Below are positions 36,879-49,720 of a stretch of DNA of 64,000 nt, piece after piece. This stretch comes from Eledone cirrhosa (taxonomy: Eukaryota): contig OZ024743.1 of assembly GCA_964016885.1 (NCBI GenBank), positions 153,264,001 to 153,328,000 of the forward strand. The letters are read 5' to 3'. The number at the start of each line of letters is the position of its first letter. Position 1 is the stretch's first letter. The notes beneath the pieces are model-generated. The model saw only the letters and a list, made by a program, of their open reading frames with translations. It did no database searches and was not told the origin of the DNA. The position numbers and the translations under genes are program-made.

Positions 36879-38740
36879 AGTGAATCTCGGTGAATTGGCA
36901 GTATCGGTAGAGGGTGGGACGCCATGCTTTCCAGCATAGTTACGTCCCTTTATCGTGGGAGTTCAAATCCCGTCGAGGTTAACTTTGCCTTTCATCCTTA
37001 CAGGGTCGATAAAATAAAGTACCTGTAATGCACTGGGATAATTACTGACCTTGTGCCAAATGTAGAAACAATTATTGAATCTCTCGAAAGTTTTATATAG
37101 TATTTTTTACAATCGTACCCCCCGAAAAAAACATGGCGGACGAAAAAAATTGTTCACAGTGAGGAACAGCAGGTTGATCGGAGGGTGGAACAGCCGATTC
37201 CATCCAATCACAAGGCAAAGTAAAACACATCAGAAACAGCAGCAGCAGTAGTGTAAATTACAAGAAATTACAACAAAAACACCACTACCACCCCAATAAG
37301 AACAATAACAACAGCAACAGCCATAAAGAACCCAGGGAGCAACAACTATAATAGTAGTAATACAGAGGAAATAAAAACAAAAAAAAACAACTATACTCAA
37401 CGTCATGCGAATAAGACAGTAAAATTGGACAGGGTCGGGGATGGAGTTAATCATTCAAGCAGACCATGAGAGCATTGAGGCCATCCCCGATGTAATAGAC
37501 CTGGACGACGGCAGCCAACTACCCGTGACTGTCGAAGGTGTCATGGATGCGGTGACAAGACGCGTATTAAGGCATTCCGCGCTAAACTCACCAAAATGGC
37601 CACGCGGCCACCCCTTCTCCGCACGCTGTGCCCCGCGACTGGAGCGGACAAACAAACCAAGACAACAGTGGCAGAAGAGAAATCAGCATCCCAAACAACA
37701 AAAGCACCATCTCTTCCACCTATCACAGAACCAATGGAAAGCATGACACTTCCTGATATAGCTAAATCGGACAAAGAGTGCGATGAGACCGAAGAATGGA
37801 AAACTATCCCAGCAAAAAAAGGAAGAACTCCCTACCTTTGTCCTAAAAAAAAAAGAGGAAGAAAGAACCCCCCAAAAAGAAAATGAAAACGACCCCACCT
37901 CCTCTACCACCATCACCAGCCACACCCCCAGAACCACCTACACCATCACCACCATCATCGCCACCCTTAGCATCTACCCCATCGTCACCTCCAACAACAC
38001 CACAGCAAACACAGAAAGCACCAACACCGCAATAGCAGACACAATACACAGCCATATACACAGACAACACAAAGCTTTTAAATTACATTCAACACCACAC
38101 AAACATCACAGAAACAAACTACATACAAACCACCAAAATAGCACCCCCTACACACATAAAAATAATAGAAATCACACAAAGAATTACATGACATTAAATA
38201 AGTGTTCCCCACATCTATTGGTGACTACCGAGAAAACATCACCAAAAGAATATTCGCGAACATTCTCGTGGAGAAAGCCACCACTGGTCGGAGGGATGGA
38301 TCACCCACCCCCTTCCTAAAAAAGAGCCACAGGTAATGTTTGTACTTTTCCCCACTCACTTGTTTTCCTCCTATCCTAGCCAACATGGCTTCTCTCAGAA
38401 TAGGTAGATTAAATGCATTTGGCCTGGGGTCGACTTGGAATCAGGGCCACCTGCTGAAAGATCTCAGGTCGCTTAACATAGAGGTGGTGGCCATCAGCGA
38501 GACCAGAATCTCCGAGGCACGGGATTCACACCCACTTTCGGCGGCTACGAGTTGTATACATCTCCAAGCCGTCACGGATCAGGGGGGGGGGGGGGGGGTC
38601 GTGGTCGTGTTGTTCCGGAGAAGTCTGGATCTCGAGGGTAAGTTGGCGGTGCTGGATGTGACCAGCGGAGGACAAGCTTTCAGGCTAGTGGCCATCTATG
38701 CCCCAACAAGAGCAGGACGGCCTGAATTCTTGGAACGTAC
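36879..38740 (+). mobile_element. Tx1-like LINE 5' part (internally deleted ORF1 + start of APE endonuclease), interrupted by a SINE
   Basis: MELIIQADHESIEAIPDVIDLDDGSQLPVTVEG matches ORF1 at 45310-46998. MASLRIGRLNAFGL..VAISETR..FRLVAIYAP matches the ORF2 start. Preceded by (ATT)n. Confidence 0.85.
36889..37075 (+). mobile_element. tRNA-derived Nin-domain SINE with 8-bp TSD (TGAATCTC)
   Basis: A/B boxes and Nin core; TGAATCTC at 36881-36888 and 37076-37083. Confidence 0.88.
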
Positions 38741-39379
38741 CTAAAGGAAGATGGGTGAGGAGAAGGATTTGCTCTTCTCCAGTTAATTGTTAACAGGTGG
38801 GGGAAAGAGGAGATAATGGTCTGGGTGAATGGATTCACTCTCAGCGTTCAACTGTTGGGTGGAGAATAACATATAGGAGAAGGAATTTGCCTTTGGTTGT
38901 TAGAGATTCTGGATCTGTGGAGTTCCTTTATCAGCCCAATATGGCAGTCTTACTATCTGGAGGATTTTACCATAGATTTTCATACTGTGTATATTGTTTG
39001 TCTCACTTTGTTTCATCATCATCTAATTTACATGTGAACCCACTCATTATATTGTATTCTGTATCTGTAATGTTCTCTTCATTCAGGTGGCAAATAGATG
39101 AAATCATCAGCATTATTTAGTATCATCATCATAATTTTTTAAAATTATGCATATCATACAAAAGAGCTAAAAGGGTTGACATCAAGAAAGGCTGTAAAAC
39201 ATTGCCCCCCCCCCCCCCCACCCCCAAGTCCCATACAATCAATGCCATCATAAAATAAATTGGCTGCAAAACATGAATGATGATGTTGATGATAACGATG
39301 ATGATAATAATGATGATGTTGATGATAAAGACGATGATAATAAATAACTCAAATGTGGAAAATGAAAACAGAAACAATA

Positions 39380-40115
39380 CCTATAATAATAGGTGCTCTA
39401 AAAATGATTAAAAAAATCACACAAACAAATATATAGCCAAAGTCCCAGGACTTACAAATATATACAGCATAGAAAAGATAGCACTACTAGGCACTGCCCA
39501 CATATTACAAAAAGTACTATCAATACAATAGACACAACATCAGCAAAAACTACACTGCTCATACCCAAGGTGTAAAGCAGTAGTGATGTGTAATAAAAAT
39601 GAAAATGGAAATAATAAAAATGATAATAACAAGAAGGCATTTGACAGCGTATCATACAGACACTAGAAATGTATCACATAGCACCTGAGATCACAACTTT
39701 CCTGAAGGCAATGATGACAGACTGGAAAACAACGATGGTCCTTCAACACCACAACGGACCACTGGAATCTAGACAGATCAAGATTTTTTGCTGTTCTGTA
39801 TGTCACTTTCTCCATTACGTCAGTTACTGCGGAGGACTGGCTATGGATATAAAATAGACAACAGACACTACAGTCACCTTCTTTACATGGATGATATCAA
39901 GCTATTTGGAAACAATAATGGGCAGCTGGAAGGTTTACTGCACACAGTGAAACAATTTAGTGATGAGATCCATATGGAATTTGGACTGGACAAGTGTGCA
40001 AAAGCAACATTTAAGATTGGGTTGCTCTCTAACCATAAATATATGGTTACAGACCAACAAACCACCATAAAGGAACTTAACAATAAAGAGTTCTACAAAT
40101 ATCTTGGAGTTAGGT
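39380..40115 (+). mobile_element. R4/Dong-like LINE fragments (a 3' end, then an RT piece)
   Basis: IIGAL..KIALLGTAHILQKVL; KAFDSV..SHLLYMDDIKLFG..FGLDKCA..YKYLG. Confidence 0.78.
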
Positions 40116-40985
40116 TTACGCTATGACATGAGTGGGTGCAATTTTGAGTTGCGTGCCTGAGTGAGTCCAGGGTGGGTTGTTTCTCATGTGTTTAATAGCT
40201 GTTGCCGAACCTCGACTAGTTGAAAAGTGATCTCGCAGAAACCCAACCGAATCCAGAAGATACCATAGACAAAAACATGTTGGTGTGTGATAAAGAAAAT
40301 GATGTGTGTTTGATGCAAAACGTATATGTTCATACAGGCATATAATACAGTAAAACAAATAAAAAAATAAAAATGAACGTTCATATATAACCTGTAAAAA
40401 TATATATATATATATATTTATATAATTGTTCTTTACAAAAAGTTCAGTTTTCTCTTTGTATGTGATCGTTTTCTTGCTAGGAAGCTAGTAGTATTGTCTG
40501 TTGTTGTTGGAGATTACGAAGCGTGTGGTGAAGTGTGGGTAAAGAATCAAAACATCAAAGCGAAGTCACTAAACATTCCGTAGAATGGAAGTTTGGTGAA
40601 TAATTTGAAAAAGTGAAGTTTTATCATATCGTACCATATAAATGAAAAGCTTCGTAATTATATATTGCTGAGAAAGCTGATGTTGAGAAAGTTGTTGATG
40701 TTGGCAATAGAAGCCATGATCAGAAAGAAAACTGCGTGTTGTTTCCTTTTTTTAAAATACCACTTCGTATTTTTTGTTTATAACGTAGGGGTCACAAATG
40801 TAAATAAATGGTATTAGTACTGGTTGTTAGATGTGGGATTATACACGCTTTACATACCTGTCGATTCTGTCTCCCATTTCGAGGGATCGGCCACGCATCA
40901 ACCTGTCCACACCAAAAAGGATGGTGACCTAGAATTTGACTTTTAGCTGTCACCTAGGGTTCAAGGCGTGGAGAGATTTCACTAC

Positions 40986-41323
40986 AGATGTAGCCTGCCC
41001 ATTTGACACGAGAGTGCAAGAGAAGGAGAGGGAGTAAATTAACCGATACCAGGACTTAAAGTGGGGATTAAAAAGGATTTGGGACTGTCAAAAGATCAAG
41101 GTTGTCCCGATTGTCATTAGGTATTATCTCAAAGAGTTTTCAAAGATGGTTAAAGAACATTAGTCCAGAAACCTTTTTTGGAACACTTCAAAAGGCATGC
41201 TTGCTGGCAACAGCAAGAATCCTCCGATACATCCTGAATAACTGAGGCTGCAGGTAGCAGCTTGATGTCAATTTGAACAAACTTTCCAGTTAAATAACAT
41301 CAATAAGTGAGACTCAAAGAATA

Positions 41324-41375
<52 letters not shown>

Positions 41376-41390
41376 TAATAATAATAATAA
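40986..41390 (+). mobile_element. R4/Dong-like LINE 3' end with (AAT)n tail
   Basis: DVACPFDTRVQEKER..YQDLK..KACLLATARILRYIL; 3' UTR shared with 61500-61575. Confidence 0.85.
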
Positions 41391-41634
41391 TATTTTCTTT
41401 ATTAACCACAAGGGTTTACATAAAGTAGACATTAAGGACAGTACAGGACAATACAGGACGGTACAAATGGGCATTTCTGCGTGTAAAAAAACAGAGGATG
41501 TAATAAAAATAACAATGAAAAATTCCCCAATAGGGGGAGACTTCCGAGGGACATTTGTGGAGAAAGCCCATTAAAAGACCACAGTGACTCTGACCACCAG
41601 GGCAAGTGCCCTCTCCCAGTTTTCCACCTTTAAT

Positions 41635-44600
41635 TTACAGACAGATACTCAGAGTAGGCCCATTCACTCGGGCCATACTTGCTTCTCTCACCCATCTTTC
41701 AACAAAATGCTGGGAAGAGAGCACTTCCCTCTTCACCCTGATTTTCCTTTTCAAATGAAATTTGAAAAAGTTAATCAAGGCATCACCGAAGAGGTAAGTG
41801 CTCGACTTCAGCCCTTTCAAACGTGTCCACCATACTATCTCTTTCGCCATGGCCACCAAACAAAAGCTGCCTGCCCTTCCTGGCTAAAGGAAGAGGGCGG
41901 GGCAATGCTCACGATGGACTCAGCTGATAGCTGGATCTGTCCTACACGCGTCAGCAGGTGTTCGACATAAACCAACAAGTCAGCAATGCTCGGACACTGG
42001 ATGAGTGCGTGCAGGACGGTTTCGTCGCCCTGCGTGCATCTCAGACATGCCCGGCTGACGGCACCTCCATGCCTGTAGAGTTTATCCCGAACTGGCATAG
42101 ATCCTCGGTAGCACTGCCAGGCCAGGGATTTCTGGAAGTTGTCCATAGGCACCGGCCCGAAAGTCCTTCCGAAGAGATTGGCTAGTTGATTTTCGTCGAC
42201 GCCTAGAATTTCCCCAAGTACGTCGTCGCTCTTCCCCTCCACTAATCCTCTATAGAACGTCAAGGTGTTGTTTCCACCGATCACATTGCCCGATTGGTCG
42301 AGGGCTGTGAGCGCCTGAAGACATTCCAGTCTCCAAGCGCTCCCTCTCGGTCTTCGCTTGACCCAGGACTGCAGCTCCATGAAGAAGACGAGCTGGGGAA
42401 AGACGCGTCTAGCAAACGGCGACCACACCTGATCACCGTTGAGGAAGGGGTGGAGATGTCGTAGCCTGAGCGCGTGTCTGCGCATCATCAGCCACGACAT
42501 TCCCAGCCCTCCACATAGCGGGTGTTGACAGCAGATGGACCGCCTGACCAACGGAGCGCGTCCCTTCCACAAAAAGCAAAAGAGCAAACGCTCCAGCGCA
42601 GTCAGGCGGGGCTTAGGACAAGGTACGACGGTCAGGCGGTAGTAGATGACGGACGCCATATACGCGTTAGCCACCTCCGCTCGACTTTTCAGGGATAGCT
42701 TCCTCTCCGCCCATTTTTGGGTGAGAGAAGCCACCCTGCTCGTCACCTCGTCCCATTTTTTGTCCGTCTGGAGGTCCGGACCGAACCAGACCACTAGCAA
42801 TTTAACCGGTTCGTCCGTCCAGCGCCCGACGATGCTGTTGGACGGCATGGACCTGCTTCTCCAGGTGCCGAGCTGCAGGCTCACTGACTTTTCCTGGTTG
42901 ATCATTGCTCCTGTCACCGCTTCGTATTCGTTTAGTGTAGTGCCGATCGCCTCGATGTGTTTGGCGTTCGACACCACTACGGTGACATCGTCCGCATATG
43001 CTGACACGGATCTTCCGCATCCTAGTTCGCGCGGGACGCCCCTCAACGTCTCCAGTTTGTGCAGTAATGGCTCGAGAGTCAATACGTACGAGAGGTACGA
43101 GAAGGGACATCCTTGGCAGACCGAGCGCATGATGTTGAACGGTTCCGAAAGGTGACCGTTCACTCTCACCACAGAGCAGGTGTCGCTGTGCATGGCAGCG
43201 ATCCAGCCTCTGGAGACGGGCCCAAAACCAGCCGCCCCCAGGACTGCTGCTAGGTAACGATGGTCGTCCCTATCGAATGTTTTCGACTGATCTAAATTGA
43301 TCAAGGACCCACCCGTGCCAGGTTCCCTAGCTACCCTCTCTACGATGTATCACATCAGGTGGAGGTTGTCGTGTATGGATCTGTTGGGAATGGCGCATGT
43401 CTGCGCCTCTCCCACCAGACCACCAACGACAAGAGCCAACCTCTTTGCTAACACCTTGACCAAAATCTTGAACTTTGTGTTTAGCAGAGTTATGGGCCTG
43501 AAATTATCAATATTATCCCCCTTGTTTAGATCCTTTCTCAGCAGCGCCACAGTTCCTCGGCTCACAGAGCTGGGCATTCTCCCGTTCTTTTGCCAGTCGC
43601 AGTAGACGTCCGCCAATAGGCCTCCGAACAAGTCTGGCATCTGTACGTAAAGTTCATGGGGCAGACCATCCAAACCAGGCGATTTACCCTTTGTGCAGCC
43701 AGTCATTTCCTCCCGTACTTCAGCGGCTGTTATCGGCTTTACGCAACACTCCGCCTCACTCTCCGAGAGCCGCGGCAGTCCGTCGAGGTAGACACTAAAG
43801 TCCATCCCTCGATCCGGCCCGCCGCTGCCCCCGAACAGCTGTGCGAAGTGTCGCTGAAAAACTTCACACATTTGCCCGGGATCGAGTAGCATGCGCCCGT
43901 CGTGGTCCACCAAAGACCGGATCGTGGCTTGGTTGCCACGACGCGCATCCGCGACTCGGGCCCATTGAACGGCTTTCGTCCCCTCGTGTCTGAGAGCACG
44001 CACCCTAGCTCTGACAACGCAGCCTTCGTGCTTTGCATTGAAGAATTGGTCAAGGGCCAATTTCGCCGCAAGTACGTCGGTCGCGATACCTTTGCTAAGC
44101 GCCTCGTCTAATTTTCTAACTAATTCTCCCTCTGCTCTATTTTTCTCTATTGCTAAAGCCTTACTAAACCTAATGGATTCTATTCTAATCGCTCTTTTTA
44201 GAGCAAACCACCACTTGTTGACGATGGTCCTCGTCAACGCTTGCTTACCTAGTTCGCTAATCCGGTCTCTGTAGGCCTTGCGCGCTGGTAAGGACGCGTT
44301 TAGCTTCCAGTAGCCGGGTCCTCGTCTATGAAGCCTATCTAAGTCAAGCACACAGATCACGAATTTGTGGTCCGTGTAGCTGACTATCTTGAATTGTGGA
44401 CAGCCTATGCTAGACCAATCTATTTCCCTACAAAATACTCTATCTAGATATGATCTAGATGACCCTATGCGATTTGTCCAAGTCCACATTGGCACATTCG
44501 GGAAATCCAATCGGTACCTGTCAGACAGTTCAAAACGTCTGCGCAGGTTGGTGAGACTCTTGCACCCTCCTCCCCTATCCACTAATCCCACACAGTCCCA

Positions 44601-45027
44601 GCGTGCATCTAAGATCCCGTTCCAGTCGCCCTCTAACACTAAAGAGCGGGAGGTTCCAAGAAAGGTCTCCAGACGCCGGAAGAAATCAGGCCGCCCTGCT
44701 CCTGTCTGGGCATTGACCGCCACTAACCTGAAAGCTTGCCCGTCTTCGCTGGTCATGTGCAGCACCACCAACTTACCTTTTGGGTCCAGGAAGATGGACC
44801 TCTCCGAAAAATCACAGCAACTCATCCCCCGATCCCGGGCGGCTGGGAGATGCGTACACATCGTAGCCGCCGAAGATCGGTGCGAAGGCCCGTGCTTCGG
44901 AGATTCTGGTCTCGCTGATGGCCACTACATCTATGTTTAGTGACCTGAGGTCGTTGAGCAGGTGGCCCTGCTTCCATGACGACCCCAAGCCACGCGTATT
45001 TATGCTGCCTATTCTGAGTGAGGTCAT
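41635..45027 (-). pseudogene. Tx1 ORF2: AP endonuclease + reverse transcriptase + C-terminal CCHC, frameshifted
   Basis: SINTRGL, SETR, GDWN, SYLDRVF, TDHK, GYWKLN, KSPGLDGLP, RPITLLN, LDQSKTFD, QGCP, AYADDV, CLRC..ETVLHALIQC. Confidence 0.92.
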
Positions 45028-45309
45028 GTTGAAATGGAGTGGAAAAGATGGGAAAGACCACTTACCTTACTTCTCGTAGAGGAAGGACGGTTTCTCCATC
45101 CTTTTCACTGATTGTGGCCTCCTCAGGAAGGATGTCCTTATAAATCCTCCTGGAGAGTGCTTATCGATGGGGAAATTTTGTGTTAGTGTCATGTACGTTT
45201 TCTGTGTGATCGAGTGATTTGTATGTGTGGAGGTGGTGTGAAATTTGGGGTTGTTGTGTGGTCTTTTTCTGTGATGCTGGTGTTGTGTTGGATGTAGTGT
45301 AATAATTGG

Positions 45310-46986
45310 TTATTGTTCAAATTTAATGCTGTGTAGTGTGTATCGTTTTGGTTGTTTTGTTTCTGTTTCGCATTTTGGTGACCTTAGTGGTGTAGGTGAT
45401 GGTGGTGTTGGGGTTAATGATGGTGATGGTGTTGGTATTTGGGGTGATGGGGTTGGTGATGCTGGTGTGGATGGTGGCATGTCTGTCCTAACTTTTTTGT
45501 TTGATAGTTTATTTGTTTCCCTCTGTATTTTGTTTTTGGAGGGGGAAGGAAGAGAATTTTTTTCTTTTTTGGTTTCTTTTTTCTTTTTTCCTGATACCGT
45601 TTCCCACTCCTCGTCGTCGTCACAATCTGTCTCCAGTTGTGAGAGGCCGGAGAGTTGAAAATCCTCCACAGGCGTTAGTTTTGGTTGTGGCGTGGTGGAT
45701 GGTGTAGGCGCTGGTGCTAGTTCTGAAGCGTTGGGTGGTGGTGGTGTTGGTTTTGCTACTGTTGCTGGGGTTGTTGCTGTTATAGTTGCTTCTGTTGTTG
45801 CTGCTACAGTTGTTGCTGCCATTTCTGCTCCTGGTGGTGTTGATGGTTGAGTCACTGGGGTGGGTAGGAGAGGTGGCCTCAACCTTTTAGCCTGAGGGCA
45901 GAAATCCCTTAGGTCGGTTCCTTCACCACAAACGCCACACCTAGGCCTTCTGCCCTCGACAATTACGGTGATTTGGCTGCCGTCAGTGAGGTCTATTACC
46001 TCTGGGATCTCATCAATGCTTTTTTGGTCCGCTTGGATCAGGAGCTCCATCCCAGATCCGGACCAGTTATCTTGCTTTTCTTTCGCTATTGCTATTATCT
46101 TGGTGCTGGCTTCGATGCCGGCGAGGACGGCAGCTATTAGCCAGGGAATTTCGATGGCCGGTGGAACGTGGGTCACCCTGATCTTTACGAGTCTCTGGCC
46201 ACAATAGCTTGGGACGAGTGTGAAGTCGTCACTTCTTAATGGGGCCATGGAGTGTTCTCTAGCCTCATCTGGTGTTTCAAAGAACACGTCCACGGTTCCA
46301 AACTTCTGCCCACGTCTGATGTGGGTTTTTTTTGCCCTCACATGTCCCAAAGCTTTTTGGATTTGGGACTCGGATGCCCGTTCCACTCGGTGCGATTTTA
46401 CATTAATTGTTCGATACGACACGGTGCATAGGCGCCGATGCTCCATTTTATTAGGTGGGGGTGTGAGGCTGACCCTGTACCCATCTTTCTTTACCATTTT
46501 TTTGGCATCTTCCAATTCCTCCTGAGTTACCTGAAATGCTTCGCACTGTTTTGCTACTCTGGCAAAACTCAGGGTGGTTTTCTTAATGTCACTGTTGCTG
46601 TTGTTGTTATCGTTATTTTTGTTATTATTAATTTTCGTTTCAGTTGTGGTGGTGGTGGCGTTAGTGGTGTTCGGTGTGGAAGAGTTCATTTTGGTTGAAT
46701 TCATTTCGACATCACGAGTTAATTTATTTTTTTCTTTTGTTTCTGTTGTCGCGGTGGTGGTGGGGCTGCTGGTTGTCGCGGTGGTGGTGGTGGTGGTGGC
46801 GGCTTTTACACCTGCAGTCATTGGTAATTGCGGGAAATGAATGTATGCCTGAGACAAATTTAAAATATTGCTACTGCTTATATCTTTAGTGTTGGCAAAC
46901 GTAGTAATATTTACAATGGTGGTGTCCGTGAGAGGTGCTAGTTTGTGAGGAAGGCTGTCAGCTTCGTGTGGCTGTGAGACTTCCAT
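45310..46986 (-). CDS. Tx1 ORF1 (gag-like, degenerate zinc knuckle CGVCGEGTDLRDFC); the stop is probably premature
   Basis: Long ORF upstream of the APE ORF; ATG at 46986; low-complexity T/P-rich flanks; homologous to 37441-37550. Confidence 0.75.
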   Translation of the reverse strand: MEVSQPHEADSLPHKLAPLTDTTIVNITTFANTKDISSSNILNLSQAYIHFPQLPMTAGVKAATTTTTTATTSSPTTTATTETKEKNKLTRDVEMNSTKMNSSTPNTTNATTTTTETKINNNKNNDNNNSNSDIKKTTLSFARVAKQCEAFQVTQEELEDAKKMVKKDGYRVSLTPPPNKMEHRRLCTVSYRTINVKSHRVERASESQIQKALGHVRAKKTHIRRGQKFGTVDVFFETPDEAREHSMAPLRSDDFTLVPSYCGQRLVKIRVTHVPPAIEIPWLIAAVLAGIEASTKIIAIAKEKQDNWSGSGMELLIQADQKSIDEIPEVIDLTDGSQITVIVEGRRPRCGVCGEGTDLRDFCPQAKRLRPPLLPTPVTQPSTPPGAEMAATTVAATTEATITATTPATVAKPTPPPPNASELAPAPTPSTTPQPKLTPVEDFQLSGLSQLETDCDDDEEWETVSGKKKKETKKEKNSLPSPSKNKIQRETNKLSNKKVRTDMPPSTPASPTPSPQIPTPSPSLTPTPPSPTPLRSPKCETETKQPKRYTLHSIKFEQ

Positions 46987-47198
46987 GTTTTTTTTCAAAG
47001 AAATTTTTTTGATAATTATAAAAGTTTAAATTTTGGGCACAAGGCTCCAATCTTTTTGGGTGTCCTTTTCGGAAAACAATGTATGTGCGCTTATATACAG
47101 TTAACAATAAAATTTTCCATAAATGGCAATTTTTTAACAAACGGAAACAACAAACCTTTGCGGAGATCACGATGATATGATTTACTACGTAGGGCGCC

Positions 47199-47231
<33 letters not shown>

Positions 47232-47234
47232 CAA

Positions 47235-47990
47235 AAGGAAATGTGGTATGAACATCAACCAGAAAGAGTACTCCTGGGTCTCAAATAATGTGCCCCCCTC
47301 CCCTTCTTATTAATTTCTCAGATCATTTCCAATCCCTTGGTCTTATCCCCGCATATTTCAAATTTTGCTAATTGATCTCTGGAGAAATTTTATTTTAAGT
47401 CGTAGCATTCCTGCAATAATTGATTTTCATTAGATATTAAAAGATATCATAGATGGCAAAAAAAGAACATTACTAGAAATCCTATACATTATAAAATAAA
47501 TAGGATGTGTTGGGGGTTTCAATATGTAAATTAAACGACTAAATCTGGTTTTTAACAAAAATTATGGGAGATCACTTAGAAAAATGATCGATTAAACACA
47601 TACACTCTCCATTATTTAGGACCCAAGAGTGATTGAGAATGATGATGTAAAATATTATGGGACATGGCTATAGATTACAATAATATAATAGCAGCAAAGA
47701 GACCTGACATGTGATAGAAAGAAGAGAGTTATTGATGTTGTCATTCCTGTAAATTAGAATACCCATATAATGAAATGGAGAAAGTTTATAAATAGAAGGA
47801 CCTTAGAATTGAAGACCAATGATATGGAACATGATCAAGGTTGAAGTCATACCAAGTGATAGGTTGTCTTACTTGTGTGAACTAGAACTTAGAAATATGG
47901 ATAGAAAATCTTGGGGTCAAGGTAATTTTCCTCCAGAAAATGACACTCCTTGGAACAGCTAGAATTTTCAGAAGGGTGATGGAAAATAAA
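47235..47990 (+). mobile_element. Old R4/Dong-like LINE 3' fragment interrupted by a MITE
   Basis: WYEHQPERV|insertion|IENDDVK..RPD..IDVVIP..QKMTLLGTARIFRRV. Confidence 0.7.
47271..47629. mobile_element. MITE with ~20-bp imperfect TIRs (Tc1/mariner-like)
   Basis: CTCCTGGGTCTCAAATAATG ... CATTATTTAGGACCCAAGAG; preceded by TA; splits the LINE reading frame. Confidence 0.7.
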
Positions 47991-48109
47991 CCCTAGAAGG
48001 AAGTACCCAAGAGTTCTAGTTATGACCGGTCCTCTTGGTTTAGTAATGCAGCAAAAGAAGAGCCTGAGAAAGAAGAAATAATAATAATAATAATAACAAT
48101 AATAATAAA

Positions 48110-48619
48110 CAATTTACCACATTCTGAGAAGTGGTATGAGCATAAGCCAGAGTTGGTGATAGAAAACGATCAGATGAAGGTGCTATGAGATTTTAGGATT
48201 CAGACGAACAAGAAATTAGAACACAATAGGCCTGATCTGGTGGTTTTGGACAAGGAAAAAGATTGTGCCTGATTGTAGATGTAGCCTGCCCATTTAACAC
48301 GAGAGTGCAAGTAAAGGAGAGGGAGAAAATTAACCAATACCAGGACTTAAAGTGGGAGTTAAAACGGATTTGGAACGGCCATGAAGTCAAGGTCGTCCCG
48401 ATTGTCATAAGCACACTAGGTACTATCAAAGAGTTTCCAAGGATGGTTAAAGAAGATTAGTCCAGCCACGTTTTTTGTAACACTTGAAAAGGCATGCTTG
48501 CTGGGAACAGCAAGAACCCTCCGATACGTCCTGAATATCTGAGGCTGCAGGTAGCGGCTTGATATTCATTTCAACAAACTTTCCAGTTAAATAACATCAA
48601 TGACTGAGACTCAAAGAAC

Positions 48620-48660
<41 letters not shown>
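48110..48660 (+). mobile_element. R4/Dong-like LINE 3' fragment (REL endonuclease) with (AAT)n tail
   Basis: KWYEHKPE..RPDLVV..IVDVACPF..KINQYQDL; same family as 61060-61575; (AAT)n on both sides. Confidence 0.87.
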
Positions 48661-48662
<2 letters not shown>

Positions 48663-49117
48663 CTTTCTTTATTAACCACAAAGGTTTACACAAAGTAGAC
48701 ATTAAGGACAGTACAGGAAAATACAGGACGGTACAAAAGGGCATTTCTGCGTGTAAAAAACAAAAAAAAACAGAGGATGTAATAATAGAACAATGAAAAA
48801 ATTCCCCAATAGGGGGGAGACTTCCGAGGGCCATCGTGGAGAAAGCCCATTAAAAAGCCACGGTGACCCTGACCACCAGGGCAATTGTCCACTCCCAGTT
48901 TTTCACCTTCAATTTACAGGCATATACTCAGATTAGGTCCATTCACTCGGGCCATTCTTGCCTCTCTCACCCATCTTTCGACAAAAAGCTGGGAAGAGAG
49001 CACTTCCCTCTCTACCCTGATTTTCCTTTTCAAATGAAATTGGAAAATGTTAATCAGGGCATCACCGAAGAGGTAAGTGCTCGTCTTCAGCCCTTTCAGA
49101 CGTGTCCACCATACTAT
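48661..49117 (-). mobile_element. 5'-truncated Tx1 3' end
   Basis: Close homolog of 41391-41838. Confidence 0.88.
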
Positions 49118-49170
49118 CCCAACTGTTTCTTTATTAGCCACACAGGGCTGATATAAACAAACAATAATCG

Positions 49171-49249
<79 letters not shown>

Positions 49250-49667
49250 TAGTAGTAGCAGTAGTAGTAGTTTTTAGTAGTAGTGAGGTAATGTTGTCCA
49301 GGGAGTCAGTGCATGGAAACAAATGGTAATTTTACACTTTCTATCCAAGTATCAATACCTAATCTATAAAGTGAGAGCAGTGAGATCAGTTAGTTTCCTG
49401 GGTTGAAACCTAGCAGGCTATAATGGAAATTTGTGGTGTAAAGAAATACATAAATTTCATATTAGGTGTGTTAATCTCATTCTGTGTTCTCAGTGGTCCC
49501 ACCCCTTGTGTATAGATAATCGCAAATCTCTTTGCGCATACAACAAACATACATACATATATACATACATGCATACATATATGAATGCATACATGCATAC
49601 ATACATACATACTTGCTTACATACATATTTATATATATATTTATGTAGATACAAAACATACACACTC

Positions 49668-49720
<53 letters not shown>

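Larger units (their letters stand above)
41391..47198 (-). mobile_element. Near full-length Tx1/L1-clade LINE flanked by (AAT)n on both sides
   Basis: ORF1 plus ORF2 (APE-RT-CCHC); (AAT)n at 41320-41390 and 47199-47230. Confidence 0.92.
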
